Source of the DNA: the human T2T-CHM13v2.0 reference genome, Homo sapiens | Length of the DNA stretch: 64,000 nucleotides | NCBI RefSeq assembly: GCF_009914755.1 | Contig: NC_060930.1 | Strand: one strand, 5' to 3' | Shown: one piece after another, positions 31,368-46,081 of the stretch | How the letters are laid out: every line of letters starts with the position of its first letter | Position numbering within the stretch: the first letter of the stretch is position 1 | Made by a program: the position numbers and the translations under genes | Notes under the pieces: model-generated | The model's database searches: none | What the model was told of the DNA's origin: nothing | The model's input: only the letters and a program-made list of their open reading frames with translations

Positions 31368-34300
31368 AGAAGCCTGTTTTATTGTTCCATTTATTTAGGT
31401 TGTATTTCATGTGGTTTGCTGCTACTTTGGACTAACATCATTCTGAGCAACATTCTTAGGGTCAAAGGAGAGGAATGGGTATTTGAGGAATGTAACAGAT
31501 TTTTGTCAGCAGTGTCTTTCCAGTATTAGTCATGCCTGTTGATTCTTCAAACTGATACTCTGAGCTCCATCCTGGGCAATGATAGCCCTTTTCGGATTAG
31601 CTGGTGGGAGGATGTCTCTCCAGTTAATCAAATCTCACCACAACAAGCACTCTATTCCACCTCTAACCAAGAAGTTATCTCTACTTCTATTATTTTTCCA
31701 CTGTGTTAGGAAAATGAGTAGCTCGACATTATGTATCAATCAGAATTTAAAAAATCTTTCCTTTTGGAGTTGCTACCGCTAATTGCCAGGTTAGTAAAAT
31801 CTTACCCATTCTGGCAATGAGGGTGTGCCACATTTTATTCACTTTTTTTTCAGGAACAAGAGTAAGATTACTGGTGACTCTAATCACCACATACAGCAGC
31901 CAGGTCTTTTGCTATGACCTGGGAGAGGTAGAGTTCTCAGCTTTCATAATGTAGCTTTGGTACAGGCCCATCTTTCCAGCTGAAGGTAATGTGAGCTGGA
32001 ACTGGTCACAGAGGCCCTGGCAGCTGGCTTAACCTGTTTATATAAAGACGGAACACAGCCACTGATTAAGAGAGCCACCTCCTACTGATTGGTTTTGGAG
32101 TGGAGCCCAGAATTTTCCATGGAGATAGCTTTTAAAAGTTAGGTCAGCATCTCAATGAAAGATAAGGACACACAAGAAAGCCCTTGTGGGTTGCCCTGTC
32201 TTGAGAACCCCCACTGTTCAGCAAGGATCAGAATAGATATATGTGACCAGTGAAATGCTTCTACTAGGTTTATCTCTGTGAAAAGATCACTTTTCCCGGA
32301 GTGATCTTGTGGACTGAGGATTAAGTGGGTAAGCTTGAGCCAAGCTTAGCATTTAGCAACTTACGTATTTCCTTGGCTCTTCAATTCTGAAACCCTTCAG
32401 AGTGAACTGGTCAGTGATAAGATCAATTTGGTGTCAGGACATTTTATATGGGGGATGTTTTTAAACGGTGGGTACAATGTTGTAAATAACGAAAGACTAT
32501 TGCTTCTAGATTTAAATCAGGGAATAAGGTTAAAAGGAACAAAAGAGGGATGGACAGGAAGGGGGAAAAAAGATTAAAGAATTCCATAGAGAATCAGTAG
32601 AGAAACTACAGGGCTTCAATGGTCCCATGAATTTCTCCACCCCCATGACTGATCAAACATACTTGAAGGAATAGTATTCCTACAAAACAGAGAAAAATGA
32701 TCTCAGGCCATGATGCAATTTGTGGATGCAAAAGAATCTTTATACTGGATTGGAATTTGACCCTATAGTTTTGTTTACTTATAAGCAGAGACTGTTCCTT
32801 TATGAAGTTTTCTATCTGTGTGTTTAGAAATAAAAGTGTGTGGTAATGCCAAAACACTACTTGAATTGAAGTCGTTAGTAGCTGGAGTGTGTGCTACTAA
32901 AAGTAGTGACTGGAGGGTATTCCTGCCCTCTATTCTGCAACTTCCAGAGGTTTAAAAAAAAGAACATCCCACTTTTATAAAAAGAGAAAAAAAATCCTTT
33001 GCATAGATTATTATATAAATAAATCTTCTTAACACGCACTGCGGTTCTTTTTTTTTTTTTTTCAAAGCACAAAGAGTTATTGTGTGATTTATGTGAAAAG
33101 GTTATGTAACTGTACTCTGTTACTTTAAATAGTGTTTTTTATTTAAACTGCCAACTTCTTCATCACCAGCAAAGAAAAAAAATGCATATTTGCTAAGCAC
33201 AAAGGTAATTTTCAAGGACTGTAATTAGCTCATGATAACTCTATCTTTTGTGATGTCTTTCCTGCTGAACTAGAAAAGAGATGGACTTTTTTTTCATTGT
33301 TAAATCTAAACTGTGGCACCTGCAATGTGTCAGTTCTATGAGAACCAGGGAGGAAAAAAGTTTAAAGTATTACACTCGGTCAGGGGAAAATACGGATGTA
33401 ATAAGGTAACAGATCTTGCAATTTTCATCTGGCTTCATCTTTTCTTTTTACAAACATGACAAGGCTCTATTTCCTCCTGTTTCTATTGCCCAGCTGACCC
33501 TTTATTTCCAAGATATTAAAAGACCTATTTAAAAACCAAACGGAATATATGATATGGAAAATGAAAACAATAATGAAATTATGATAAAATACGTAGAAAA
33601 AAGTCAGGGGTGTAAATCTCGGTGTCTTTAACACAGGTGATAGGACAGAATGTTGGCAAGAGAAAGAAAAGCAAATGAAGCAAACGTTGGAGGAAGAGAA
33701 TGCTAATTAATTAAATTCCTTCCAGGAAAATCAATCGCTAAGAAAAATCTTATTTCCATGAAAAATTCTATCTTTGGTGGAGGTCAGAGTATATGTGCAC
33801 ACTGGGTGTGTGTGTACAGTGTCACCAAATATATTTATGTCATTGATTGAGACTACTTTATGGAAGCATTTAGGGGGTCACAGTCAGAAAATTTTCCCCA
33901 TGGTAAGGAGTATCTCCAAAGAAAATCTAGAAGTTTCCTTCCTAGGAAAATAAGCTGTTGTAGGCAGTAGAATTCCCTGAAGGTCACAACTGTACTACAT
34001 TCTGGGATTTGGAGATCTGTTTCCTTCTGAGAAGTAAAACCTACCTTTGTAGACTGAGATCTGGGATCCTAGAGCTTGTTTTTCATAGTGTTGGACTATA
34101 ACCACATGAACAACAGAAAAATCTATAAAGCACTTAAAGTCAAGGAACTGCAGTGTGGCAATGGTAGTTCTGGGTGCGTTTTCTGTGAAACTGTGAGAGC
34201 ATTATCACCTGTTTGGTCACCAACCTGGTTGTCCAGGTGGCAGTTTGGCAAACAACCAGCATGAAAAACAACAACCTCTTGTAAGGAAAGGGCTGTGAAA

Positions 34301-36112
34301 TCTTTGAGCATAGTTGTTCTCAGATGTTATTGATCCCTTTCAGTTCAAACATTAGATTTCAATTTTCATTGAAATCATTATAAACAACAGAAATGAGACT
34401 GAAAATGAATAAATATGCTTACAGCTCAGGCATCAGATATCTACTTCTGGCAATTCTGCACAGGGAGAAGGCAATTGATTTTTAAAGAGTGCTTTGCAAC
34501 TGGCGGAGAGGAGCAAGACAATAGCTGACCGTTTCAATATATTATGGACAATGATGTCAATCAATATGTTTTGCAGCTAGAATTCAGTTGTAAGTTTGAT
34601 TGTTGTATCTTTAAAAGTTAGGTGGGAATGTTGAGCCTCTATCAGGTGAAGTCTTCGGCATTTAGGATCTCATTAAATCTTGCTGTCTGGAAGGTGTTAC
34701 ATGCCCTGTTAAACAGATCAAATAAGGGAGGACTGAAAGTTAATTTCCTAGTCAGGAAGGAGGAAGTCAATTAAAAACTTACATTTGAAGAATGATCAAT
34801 TTCACTTCAATTACCCGAAGGAAGTGTTTTGAAATGTGTATTTAAACTAAGAAATAGAGTATATATCAAAGGGAAAAAATTTAAACTGAAAGGAAAGGCC
34901 AAAGTTAGCAGCAATGGTGTATACAATAACAGGTGCAGCCTTTTCTAGGTTCACAGCTACCCTCTCTGACTTCAGCATGTGGCAGGAGAATCTCTTCAAA
35001 CAGGAGCTACTTTTTCCGAGACTTAAAGGCTATCTTAGGCTTCTAGCAAAGGTTGATGAGTAATATAAACTCTTCCATGTGCTCAACATGAGGATCAGGC
35101 TAAAATTAACCCCACTTATAGACAGAAGGTAGCCAAGATGACACTATTATCCATTGTGCTGAAAAAGAAATGCTTCTCTTTAAATCTAGAGGAAAAATGC
35201 CGAGACAAAAAGTCCTTTAAATGAATTGTATGCCTGGTTTTATACAAGCTAGGTCATTTAGAGAGACACCTCTCTATTTCTGTTCTCTTCTATGGACTAC
35301 ATTTAGACCTTAAACAATTAGCCCTCTTCACGTTTTTTTAAAAGTCACCTGCTATGGAAACTCCAGCATTTTGTATTTTTAGATGCTAGGGTCAGGGCAA
35401 GTGCAAAAATGATGACATTTTCTGCCCTTATAAGCAATTCTTTTTTACTTTAGCAGGACACACGGAAGTGGGTACTGAACAAGTTCCCACATTCTGTGTT
35501 AACCCCTTAGGGTAAGAAGCACAAAGCACAAATACAAGTCTATTCTTAGGAGGCTAACCCCATTAGAGTAAATCCCATTTAAGAAGACAAGTGCTCCCTG
35601 TCATGAAACCCCTCAAGGTCCTACAAACTTTATAATTAGGCACATTTATTTTCCTGATCTACTGTTATTTAATTGGAACCGTGAAAGTAAGGCAAAGAGG
35701 CTACTTTCTGATTTGATTCTTTTTTTTTTCTCCCTGACAATTCTAAATCGAGTGTTCTGTGAACAGTTTAGCTTTCTAAAGTATTTTTCTGTTTTAAGGA
35801 GAGGAAGTATGTGTTCTATTGGAGGACAGAACCTCCTGTCTTCTCAATTACACTAAAAAATTCAGTCCAAGGCTCTTAGAATAAATCTCATATGAAAGGA
35901 AAGGAGGATAGCTGGAGAGAAAGGATGGAAAAACACACTGAGTTGCATAAATATTTTAACTTTCAGATGAATACAGGGACTTCCTCACTTGTGGTCATTC
36001 CTTATTTGTGAATGGCTGGATGTACACATAAACATCATGTCTCCCATGCTCAGGGAGGATTAACCCCTAAAATACCTTATCTAGAGCCTGAGAGAACCAC
36101 CCCCCCGTCATA

Positions 36113-36700
36113 TTTCATTCATGTATTTATTCACTCCACATCTATTTAGTGAATATCTATTATGTGCCATGCACTAGACAGGGCATTAAGAACACACTGG
36201 TGAGCAGAAATAGACCTGGAACAGGCCTCCTGGAGTTTACAGTCTAGACTTAGAGGGATAAATAGCCTTTAATCAAACAATTACATCAATAGATGTAAAA
36301 TCACAGCTCTGATAAGTGCAAGGAGGTAAAAGCACATGCTATGAGTACAGATAATAAGAGAGATTGAACTTAATCCAGGGTTCAAGGCGGATTTTCCTGA
36401 GGAAGTGATAAATGCTGAAAGGTGAAGGTTGAAGGGAAACAAAATCATTCAAGAAGGAAATGAAGAGAATTCCAGGTTAAGTAGCAGATTTGGAGGCCTG
36501 AGTTGGGATGGGGCAAGGGAATGACAGAAAGATGGTCGGGGGAGCAGAGAAGAGGCCAACGGCAGCTTGGTGACAGCCGAGGCAGGAGAGGGCCAGACAC
36601 ATGAGCCTTGAGGTCAAAGTAGGACTCTTCTCTTTATCTTGGGAGACGGAGAAGTTGCCTAAGGGTTTTATTACAGTGCTGGGCAGCAGTTGGACAGGCA
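36113..36700 (-). mobile_element. L2 LINE 3' fragment
   Basis: TTCATTCA..TATTTAGTGAATATCTATTATGTGCCA..GGAGTTTACAGTCTAG..TTCCTGAGGAAGTGA. Confidence 0.75.
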
Positions 36701-37864
36701 CCATTCAAGTGGAATTCTCCCATTACTGCCCTTTTCCCCACCATTGTCCCTTAACCTCTGCATCTCCTAGATGCCCTATATCTGCTCCTCACCCTTTGCT
36801 CATCCAGAGCTCCTGCCACCTTTTCACCTTGGCTCCCTGCTTCCCCTTATCTCAGTTTCTACCCCCTTGGGCTTCTTGCTCTCTTGGCCCAAGGCCACAA
36901 AACCCCCATTACTAATTCAGAGTTAAGGCAGTCAGGGATATACAGGTGAGGCATTCTTGAGAGAGGATCCAGGCACCTTGAATTAGAATTTTGAATGTAT
37001 TTGCCCACAGAATCAGGGGTACACACAGTCTTAAGGTTCTGACTCACCTATGGGGTGACTGACATTGGCATTGGAAGGCTGCCCTTGAGCCTCATATCAT
37101 AGAATGTGTTTTGTTTCTATGGGAATCGTTATTTTAACAAACTTGTAAGCCAAATGCATTTTTTTATTATCTACTGCCTTTATTTATATAAATACGTTTT
37201 TGTGTGGTGGGTGACTTAATAATATCTCTCGCACTTTCTTTTCTTTCATCTTTTGCATATTGAACTCAAGCAAATGTTGAATTAATAAAGAAATTAATGG
37301 AGAACTCTTTAGTCCCAATGATATATATATATATTTTTTGTTTCACCTCTGGCTAGGCGCTGGTTAGATTGGTGATTTGAATTGCTAGTTTTGATAAAAT
37401 AGCCAGATGTAAAAATTTTATAAACTTTAGTGCGGAATGGAAATCTAACTCATTGTGAACCGTTAATCTCTCTGTAGTTACTGAACAGGCACAAGCTTGT
37501 GTTTGTGTTATGTCCATTATTCTTACCCACATTTTACTTTAGTTAGACTCTCACCTTTTTGTTCTTTGCTTCCAATGAGGGATTCTTTTTAAAGTCCCAT
37601 TCTTTGTCTTCTCATCTTGTGAATAGTGAGACATCTTTCTGGATAGATTATTTATTCAACAAGTATTCTAGTGTTCTTACTAACACTCAAGGCCCTGTGA
37701 TACCATAGGAAAGACAGATACGGGAAATGTATGGGTCATACAGTCAACAGCAGTGCAATGATGGTAATGTCCTATGTGTGCACTGTCCAGCATACTAGTC
37801 ACTAGCTACATATGGCTAATAGCGCTGAAAATGTGACCAGTGAACTGAAAATCTGAAATTTTAA

Positions 37865-38164
37865 TTTTTTTTTTTTTTTTTTTTTGAGACAGAGTCTTGC
37901 TCTGTCACCCAGGCTGGAGTGTGGTGGCAAGATCTTGGCTCACTGCAACCTTCACCCATGGGTTCAAGCCATTCTCCTGGCTCAGCTGCCCCAGTAGCAA
38001 GGATTACAGGCACCTGCCACCATGCCCAGCTAAATTTTGTATTTTCAGTAGAGATGGGGTTTCACCATGTTGGCCAGGCTGGTCTTGAACTACTGACTTT
38101 GTGATCCGCCCGCCTCGGCCTCCCAGAGTGCTGGGATTACAGGCATGAGCCACCATACACGGCC
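37865..38164 (-). mobile_element. AluS
   Basis: Poly-T followed by a dimeric Alu. Confidence 0.93.
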
Positions 38165-38192
38165 TAGTTTAATTTTAATTAATTCAAGTTTA

Positions 38193-38520
38193 TTTGTAAT
38201 TAAAAAAATTTTTTTCTTGAGTCAGAGTCTCACTCTGTCACCCAGGCTGGAGTGCCGTGGCACGATCTCAGCTTACTGCAAATTCCATCTCCTGGGCTTA
38301 AGCAATCCTCCCACCTTAGCCTCCCATGCTCCCACCTCTGCCTCCCAAGGAGCTAGGACAATAGGCCTGTGCCACCGTGCTGGGCTAATTTTTGTATTTT
38401 TGTAGAGATGAGATTTCACCATGTCACCCAGACTGGTCTTGAACTCCTGAGCTGAAGCGATCTACTGGCCTCAACCTCCTAAACTGTTGGGATTACAGGC
38501 GTGAGCCACCTCACCCGGTC
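38193..38520 (-). mobile_element. AluJ with a short internal duplication
   Basis: GGGCTTAAGCAATCCTCCCACC and GAACTCCTGAGCTGAAGCGATC (J states); CTCCCACCT...CCTCCCA repeated. Confidence 0.88.
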
Positions 38521-39565
38521 AATTTAAATTTAAATAGCTACATGTGGTCACATAATTGTATAGTTCAGCTCTAGGAGGCCAGAAGAGATGGGCCTAGTAA
38601 GATATAAAGAAGGTAAATAGGTGGAGCTTGGGAAAATAATTAACTACTTACATGGTTTGGAACTAAAGGAAGAAGTAACTGAGTTTCAGACAAATGCGAT
38701 TTTAACATAGGGAAAATGTAAGGTAAACACATAATCTTCTAGAAAGATAAATTTACAAGTCTTAACAAAGTTAAAATCCATGAAAAAGAATGTTTAACTA
38801 TCTATTGGCTTCTCTCCAAAACTATACAGATACACCTACCTATAGCCTTTCCCCTAAAAAGGATCCTGTGATGATTTCCAATATCAAATACATAAGTTCT
38901 TTGAGCTTCTTGGAAGTAGCAGGAGACCCTTACAGTATGGTTGTGCTAGAAATCATTATTTAATTGACTGCACCACAGGAAAGAAGTTGAGCTTTTAAGG
39001 ATAAATGGGTCATGCGATGACTTAAATCACCATTGAAAAAAATCTCTCATAAAATGTTTTGTTCTGGAAGAATATCACCTATTTTAGAAATCAGTTCAGA
39101 GGAACTCTTTGGCTGGAACAGCTTGTATCAGACAGAGTTGTTTAAAAATTGTATGTTGTGTTACCGCTAGCAACAGGCTTCTGAGATGTTTTGTGGTTAA
39201 AAGTCATCATACCTAACTTGCAGCTGCTAATCAAGGAAAGAATCAAGAAAAGGAGGGAAAACTTTCCCTCATATTCCAAAAAGAACAATGCCAAGAAAAC
39301 ATTCTTGGATGGGGGAGGGTTGGTAATGGGGCGGGGCTCTCAGAATAGAGGGATGCCCTAAATGAAAGTGATCAATCTGTTCTCCATCCTTCTTGGGAGA
39401 CACAGTTCAAGACAGAACAGAGCCCTTGCAGCTCATGCACAGGAGCTAGAAAGGAAATTAAAGCTGTGTATTTAATTGTGTCTAGAAAGCTAATAAAAGA
39501 AAAGAGACCACATGCAGATAAAAAGAGGTGCACCTGGAGATAAGCCTAGGAGGAATCTAGCTTCA

Positions 39566-39953
<388 letters not shown>

Positions 39954-42821
39954 TTAAATTGTGATAAATAAATACAGATTTCTGAGAAAGGTACTTATGA
40001 TAAATTCAAATTTATGCTCTTTAAAGATTGTTCAAAATTCACTGTAACTGAAATAATGGGATATGGATTTTAAAATGCATTAACCTTGGCCCATTTATAG
40101 CCACGTAGGAATCTCAGTTAAAAAGGAACATATCATCCAGCTGCCTTCCATCACCTGGTGACAGTCTACTTGAAATGTATTTTCTTGAGACATTTTTACA
40201 CTTCTATCTCAGTCCCCTTATCATTAGAATAAAGTCAATAATATCTATATTTATCTCAGCATGTTTCACAGAAGTGACAAGCAAGAAAACAAGTATAAAA
40301 CTCTTGAACATATGCAAATACAAGCAATTTTATTTATTATTTGAGTGGCAAATGATGTCCCTGAAAGTTAAATCTATAAACTTAAACACAGGGAATTATT
40401 ACAACTAGTATTGAGACAGGGTTTACTCTTCCTACTGGCTAGTTGAAGGGAAGTGCAGTGGGGGAAGACAGAGAATGTGACCATCCTGCGAGTTTGCTAA
40501 GTAGCTGAACTTCTAGGTATTTCAGGGTCTGTGAGAGGAAGGGCTGGAATGAGAACATTAAGTACAGCCCAAATTCTTTTCTACCCATTATAATGGAAAT
40601 TAAAAATATTTGTATGTTTTCATTATGGTACAACCTCCAATGTGTGCATCTGGTTAGTTCCAGGCATGTATATAATTTCTTGTCCATTCACAAAGCACCT
40701 CTAACCATTGTGGAAAGTAAAACTAACTAACTAACTTACATAGAGGGCCACTGCTCTCTAAATCATAAGATTAGAATGAGGCTGTCCTTTGGTTATGTAA
40801 CTAGGAATAATTTACTTACTCCTTTTGGGGAATAATATTCTCTGTTTTAGAATAAAGTTCATCTAAGGTCTTGGGTTCTAGGACCCTGAAGTTAAGGATC
40901 ACAGAAGGATCTTAACTTTCTTAGGGCTTACTCAAATTAAGTAGCTGGAGCTGGATTCATCAACTCCTTTTGAGATTCTTTTTCTTAGTGATTATAGGTC
41001 TCAGGAAAGAGGATGAAGCAATGGAAGGTGCTTGAAGGAAGAAAGAGGCCCCACAGAGCTGTGTTTTTAAGAGCTGGCTAAGAGGGCCTTTGGAAGAGGG
41101 ATCTCAAAGCAAATCTGCTTGACCAGGGAGGAACAAACTCATATATGTTTTAAGTGCCAGTCATGTGAAGCAACTCTACTAGGCACTTTATATGTCATCA
41201 TTTTGTTTAATTAGCAGGGAATAGGAAGAATTGAATAATGTCCTTGTTTATGTAATTTGGCTATAAAGTAAAATTCTGCCTGGTGAATTCCAATTTCCTA
41301 TTGACTTTTGCGTCTCATTAGAGACTGTCCCTGTGGCTATGGCTGCTCCAGTGATCTTTCTTTCCTGGAAGTTTCAGTTTTTACAGGCTCAGTTATCATA
41401 ACAAATTTGTGTCATCTCAGTTATAATTAGGCTTACTTAAAGGGATGTTTTCATCATTGGTGTTGCTCCAAATACATATTTTTCTCCTAAGTATGTTGGA
41501 ATTAAAATATTGTCAATGTTCAAGGGCCAAACACATAAGGCCATGCTTGTGTTTTAAGTCTTCAGACCCTGAACTCCATACCCTGGATCCTTGCTGTTGG
41601 AGTTTCCATAGGGAATGAGGCTCCCCAAGGCCTCTGAAAGAAATGGAGCCCAGCCAGCTGAGTCAGGCTGGGTCCCACGCCTCTGTAGGGCTGAAGTCCA
41701 AAGCAACAGGCAGGCAGTTCTTGCAGGCTTTTTCTCTGCAGAGTCATTAGAATACTTTATTGTCTTTTTTTTTTTCCCCACTATTTCAGCAGCTCGCTCT
41801 ATGAGGACATATTCTCCTCATCCACAGAAGCCCTTTTCAAACATTACTAAGAAGTCTGATAAGAAGAAAAAACATCCACTGATGGGTTCTCAGAAAGAAA
41901 GCATTAGATTTAACTACAGGGCAATACTGCCCTGATTACCACAGGCCCAGCTGACGGCAAGGTTGCCAGGCAGCTCTCGTCCTGCCAAGAATGGTGGTGG
42001 AATGAAGCAAGCATGTGGTTTGTATTACCATTTTTCAGCTTTTTAAGGTTTAGAAAAGAGAACGTCACCAACAATGATAATTCACTTTGGAATGAATACA
42101 TTTTCAATGCAGTGTTCAGCAACTGCTGATGTGTCTTAAATCCTAGAGTTCATATGCAACATTTTACAATGTGAACAAGATAAAGCACAGGAGATGTCAA
42201 GATCCTACTATATGCAAATAACTAAGTTTCTGGCCAAATCCTTCTTTTAAAAAAAGAACGAAAAAATGAAAAACCTCTCCAGCATTTCTAAGCTGCTACT
42301 TACAGCCTTTATAAAGATAGCACAGGAAAAAGATGCTAAAGCCAAAGAGTAAGCTAAATTCTGCCTTCCATTTCCTGGCACCATCTTCTTTAAAGTTGGG
42401 GTTGATTTTCTTAAATGTTTCAAGTCATAATTTGCCACAAATGAATCAATCTGTAAGCTGAAGTTAAATCATAAAATTCAAATATTTTAATTTGTCTTTT
42501 ATTATCTTTTTTTTTTTAATTTAAAAAAGGAGAGACAGATATGGGATTATTCATACTTTGCATTCTCCTGGGTGTTCTTGGAAATACTATTCTCAGAAAG
42601 TCAGAAACACTAAATTGGAACAAATGATTTGATCCTTAGACAAATTTACAAAGTCATATGGTTTGAGGATCTGCATTGAGTTTAGTGAACTACCTTATGA
42701 ATTAAGCCCCTTCCTCAAAGAAGCACAACTATTTTCCTCTCAGTGAAGCACATCGATATCTCCATGACATTGCTGCCAGCCTGATCCCTTAAAGAAACAA
42801 ATATTAAATTAAGAAACTCAT

Positions 42822-43180
<359 letters not shown>

Positions 43181-43619
43181 TTAGAAATCTGTTGCCTTCT
43201 TATGACATCGAAAAGATTCTGGGAAACCCATGAAGACACTGCACCTCCTGGAAGCAGCGTTGTTCTGTTGGAGGTTACAGGGCAGCAGAAACCAGAAAGA
43301 ATCCATAGCTGGTGCAGTCATACATTTTTGCAAAGACCTTCAAACAAACAAAAAGTATATAACTTGTCAGTCTTGAGGGCCTGGCCTAAATAAAATGCAG
43401 CCCTGCTTAACAAAATCCTGTCAAATGTGGTCATTTGGGCTCTAAAATTATGCTTTGCGAAACACTAAATTAGTTTTGTCAAAACATAACCTTGGTTCTC
43501 AAAACATTGTCAGAACTTCTAAAGTTCAATAACGGGGCAGCATTTGTAGTTTAGGTGACATTAATCCACTCTATTTATTCTACATAGCATCCATCGAGTT
43601 ATCCGCCTGTCCCTCTGTC

Positions 43620-43830
43620 CATCCATTCATCTAACCATTTCATTCAGTTTCAACACGTAGTGCCACATTCTTACTATGTGCCAGGCAATGTGCTGGACCC
43701 TGAACACAAAGATAAAAAGACACAGCCATAGACTCAAGGCTGGTATCCTAATAAAGAGATAGATGTGATAAATTGTTATAATCTAGTAAAATGACCACTG
43801 CAGGGGACAGGCCATGAAAGCATGAGGGAA
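43620..43830 (-). mobile_element. L2 3' fragment
   Basis: TCCATTCA..TACTATGTGCCAGGCAATGTGCTGG..AAAGACACAGCC. Confidence 0.65.
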
Positions 43831-43843
43831 ATGATTGCTGTGA

Positions 43844-44214
<371 letters not shown>

Positions 44215-45766
44215 TAAAATTCACAGAAGACTTAATGTCTGAGATCACTTTATTTTTTTTTTCTTTTGAGATGCACGTGATTGATGACACTGTCACAAGT
44301 ATATATCATCATGGAAATACCCAAATAAGGTGTTTGAACACATATTTCTCAGAGGAGGAAGATTTCCTGGAGAGGCTAAAGGAAGAGAGGAAGATATTTG
44401 GCAGCTGTTGATTGGTGGGTTGCCCTCCCACTAGCTGTAATGACATACCCTTCTTCTCTTTTGAGGAAACATCTAAGGATGCAACTAAATGAGAGTGACA
44501 TTGTATGGGATATACCAAATTTGACATAATTTACTTAAAAAACAGATATTTTGAAAATTTTATACTTAGTTACACCTGATAAGTGACAGATTTCATAGAT
44601 ATTGATGGTTGTGTTGATTCATTGCAGTTGACCATGACTTGTTGAAAAAGCTTGCAAAGGCATCCTTAAGGAGTTTACATTCTCCTAAGGTAAGACTGTT
44701 GGTGTTTTAACACATCACTTCAAAAAAAATTATAGAAAATGAATTTAATTTTATAATTTTATTCTTAGTGACTCTAGGTGTCATCAGCCACATATAGGCT
44801 GACAACTGCAACTGCCCTCCTAGTTTTCCAACATTAAGAATGAGAAAGTGTGGTTGCACTCAACACTTATTTATGGCTGGGGAAGTACCCTCTCTGTCAC
44901 ACAGCAGTTCAATAGAGCCCCAGAGGGGAATTTAGAAGGCAAGCCTGATGGTCTTATAGCAGTTCTTTAGAAGGCCCCTGAGTTCCAACAGAACATGTCC
45001 AGAGGATGTAGCTGAGTAATTAGGCCAGAGGTGGTGGTGGTAGGGGTGGAGTATGGCTTATTCTAGAATCTGTAGGCCTGGGTGATAAGATTAGAGGATG
45101 TGCTAGACTAGGCAATATTCCCTTTACTCTGTAGGTTGAAAGGACTATGTCTGGTCACACCACAGGATACGCTGTTATAAAACCAACTACTAATTCAGAG
45201 TTTTTCATTTTTATCTTTGCACAGTCCAATCAACAACAATCGGTTGAGGGCACAGTTTGTTGATCTTTTTCAGTCACTAAGACTGGAAGCTAAAAACCCT
45301 AAGATTGGAAGATCCATTTGGTCCACTTCTTTTAGTCATTGAGATGCCACTGTTATTTCTGCTAAACAAATAAAGTATACTAAAGCCATTGAGAAGCTTT
45401 ATAGCTTAGTAAATAAAAGGCAGGGAATGAATTCACTGTGCATATCTCAAAAATTTGATTCTTTGAATATACTTGCCATCTGTCTTAAACTTTGCACTGA
45501 ATATTGTTTGATGTTGGCCCTCGTTAGCTGGCTCAGGTTGGGAAGAAGTGCTCAGTGACTTGGTGCAGAACCACACTTGGAGCTGCTGAAGAAAGGGAGC
45601 TACTTCCCTAGGAGTGTCAGCAAGTGTTTATGAACTCACGTGTGTTTCTAATGCATGCTGCAATGCTCTTCTTGGCTACTTTGTTCAGAAGTCCATAATC
45701 AGTATTTATTAATTTAACTTAAATATATTTTTCAAGTGAAAAAACAACCAATAAACTGAAGTTTCT

Positions 45767-46081
45767 GGCCAGGTGCGGTGGCTCATGCCTGTAATCCCAG
45801 CACTTTGGGAGGTTGAGCGGGCAGATCACCTGAGTTTGGGAGTTCTAGACCAGCCTGACCAACATGGTGAAACCCCATCTCTACTAAAAATACAAAAATT
45901 AACCGGGTGCAGTGGCAGGCGCCTGTAATCCCAGCTACTCAGGAGACTGAAGCAGAGAATCACTTGAACCAAGGAGGCGGAGATTGCAGTGAGCTGAGAT
46001 CGCACCATTGCACTCCAGCCTGGGCGACAGAGTGAGACTCCGTCTCAAACAAAACAAAACAAAACAAAACAAAACAAAACA
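45767..46081 (+). mobile_element. AluS with (AAAAC)n tail
   Basis: TSD GAAGTTTCT (45758-45766 / 46082-46090). Confidence 0.94.

Larger units (their letters stand above)
37750..38570 (+). mobile_element. MER3 hAT MITE split by two Alus
   Basis: TGATGGTAATGTCCTA..CACTAGCTACATATGGCTA..; resumes AATTTAAATTTAAATAGCTACATGTGG at 38521. Confidence 0.8.

Noticed and set aside
35499-35515. Telomere-like AACCCCTTAGGG
   Set aside because: Single unit, not an interstitial telomeric array
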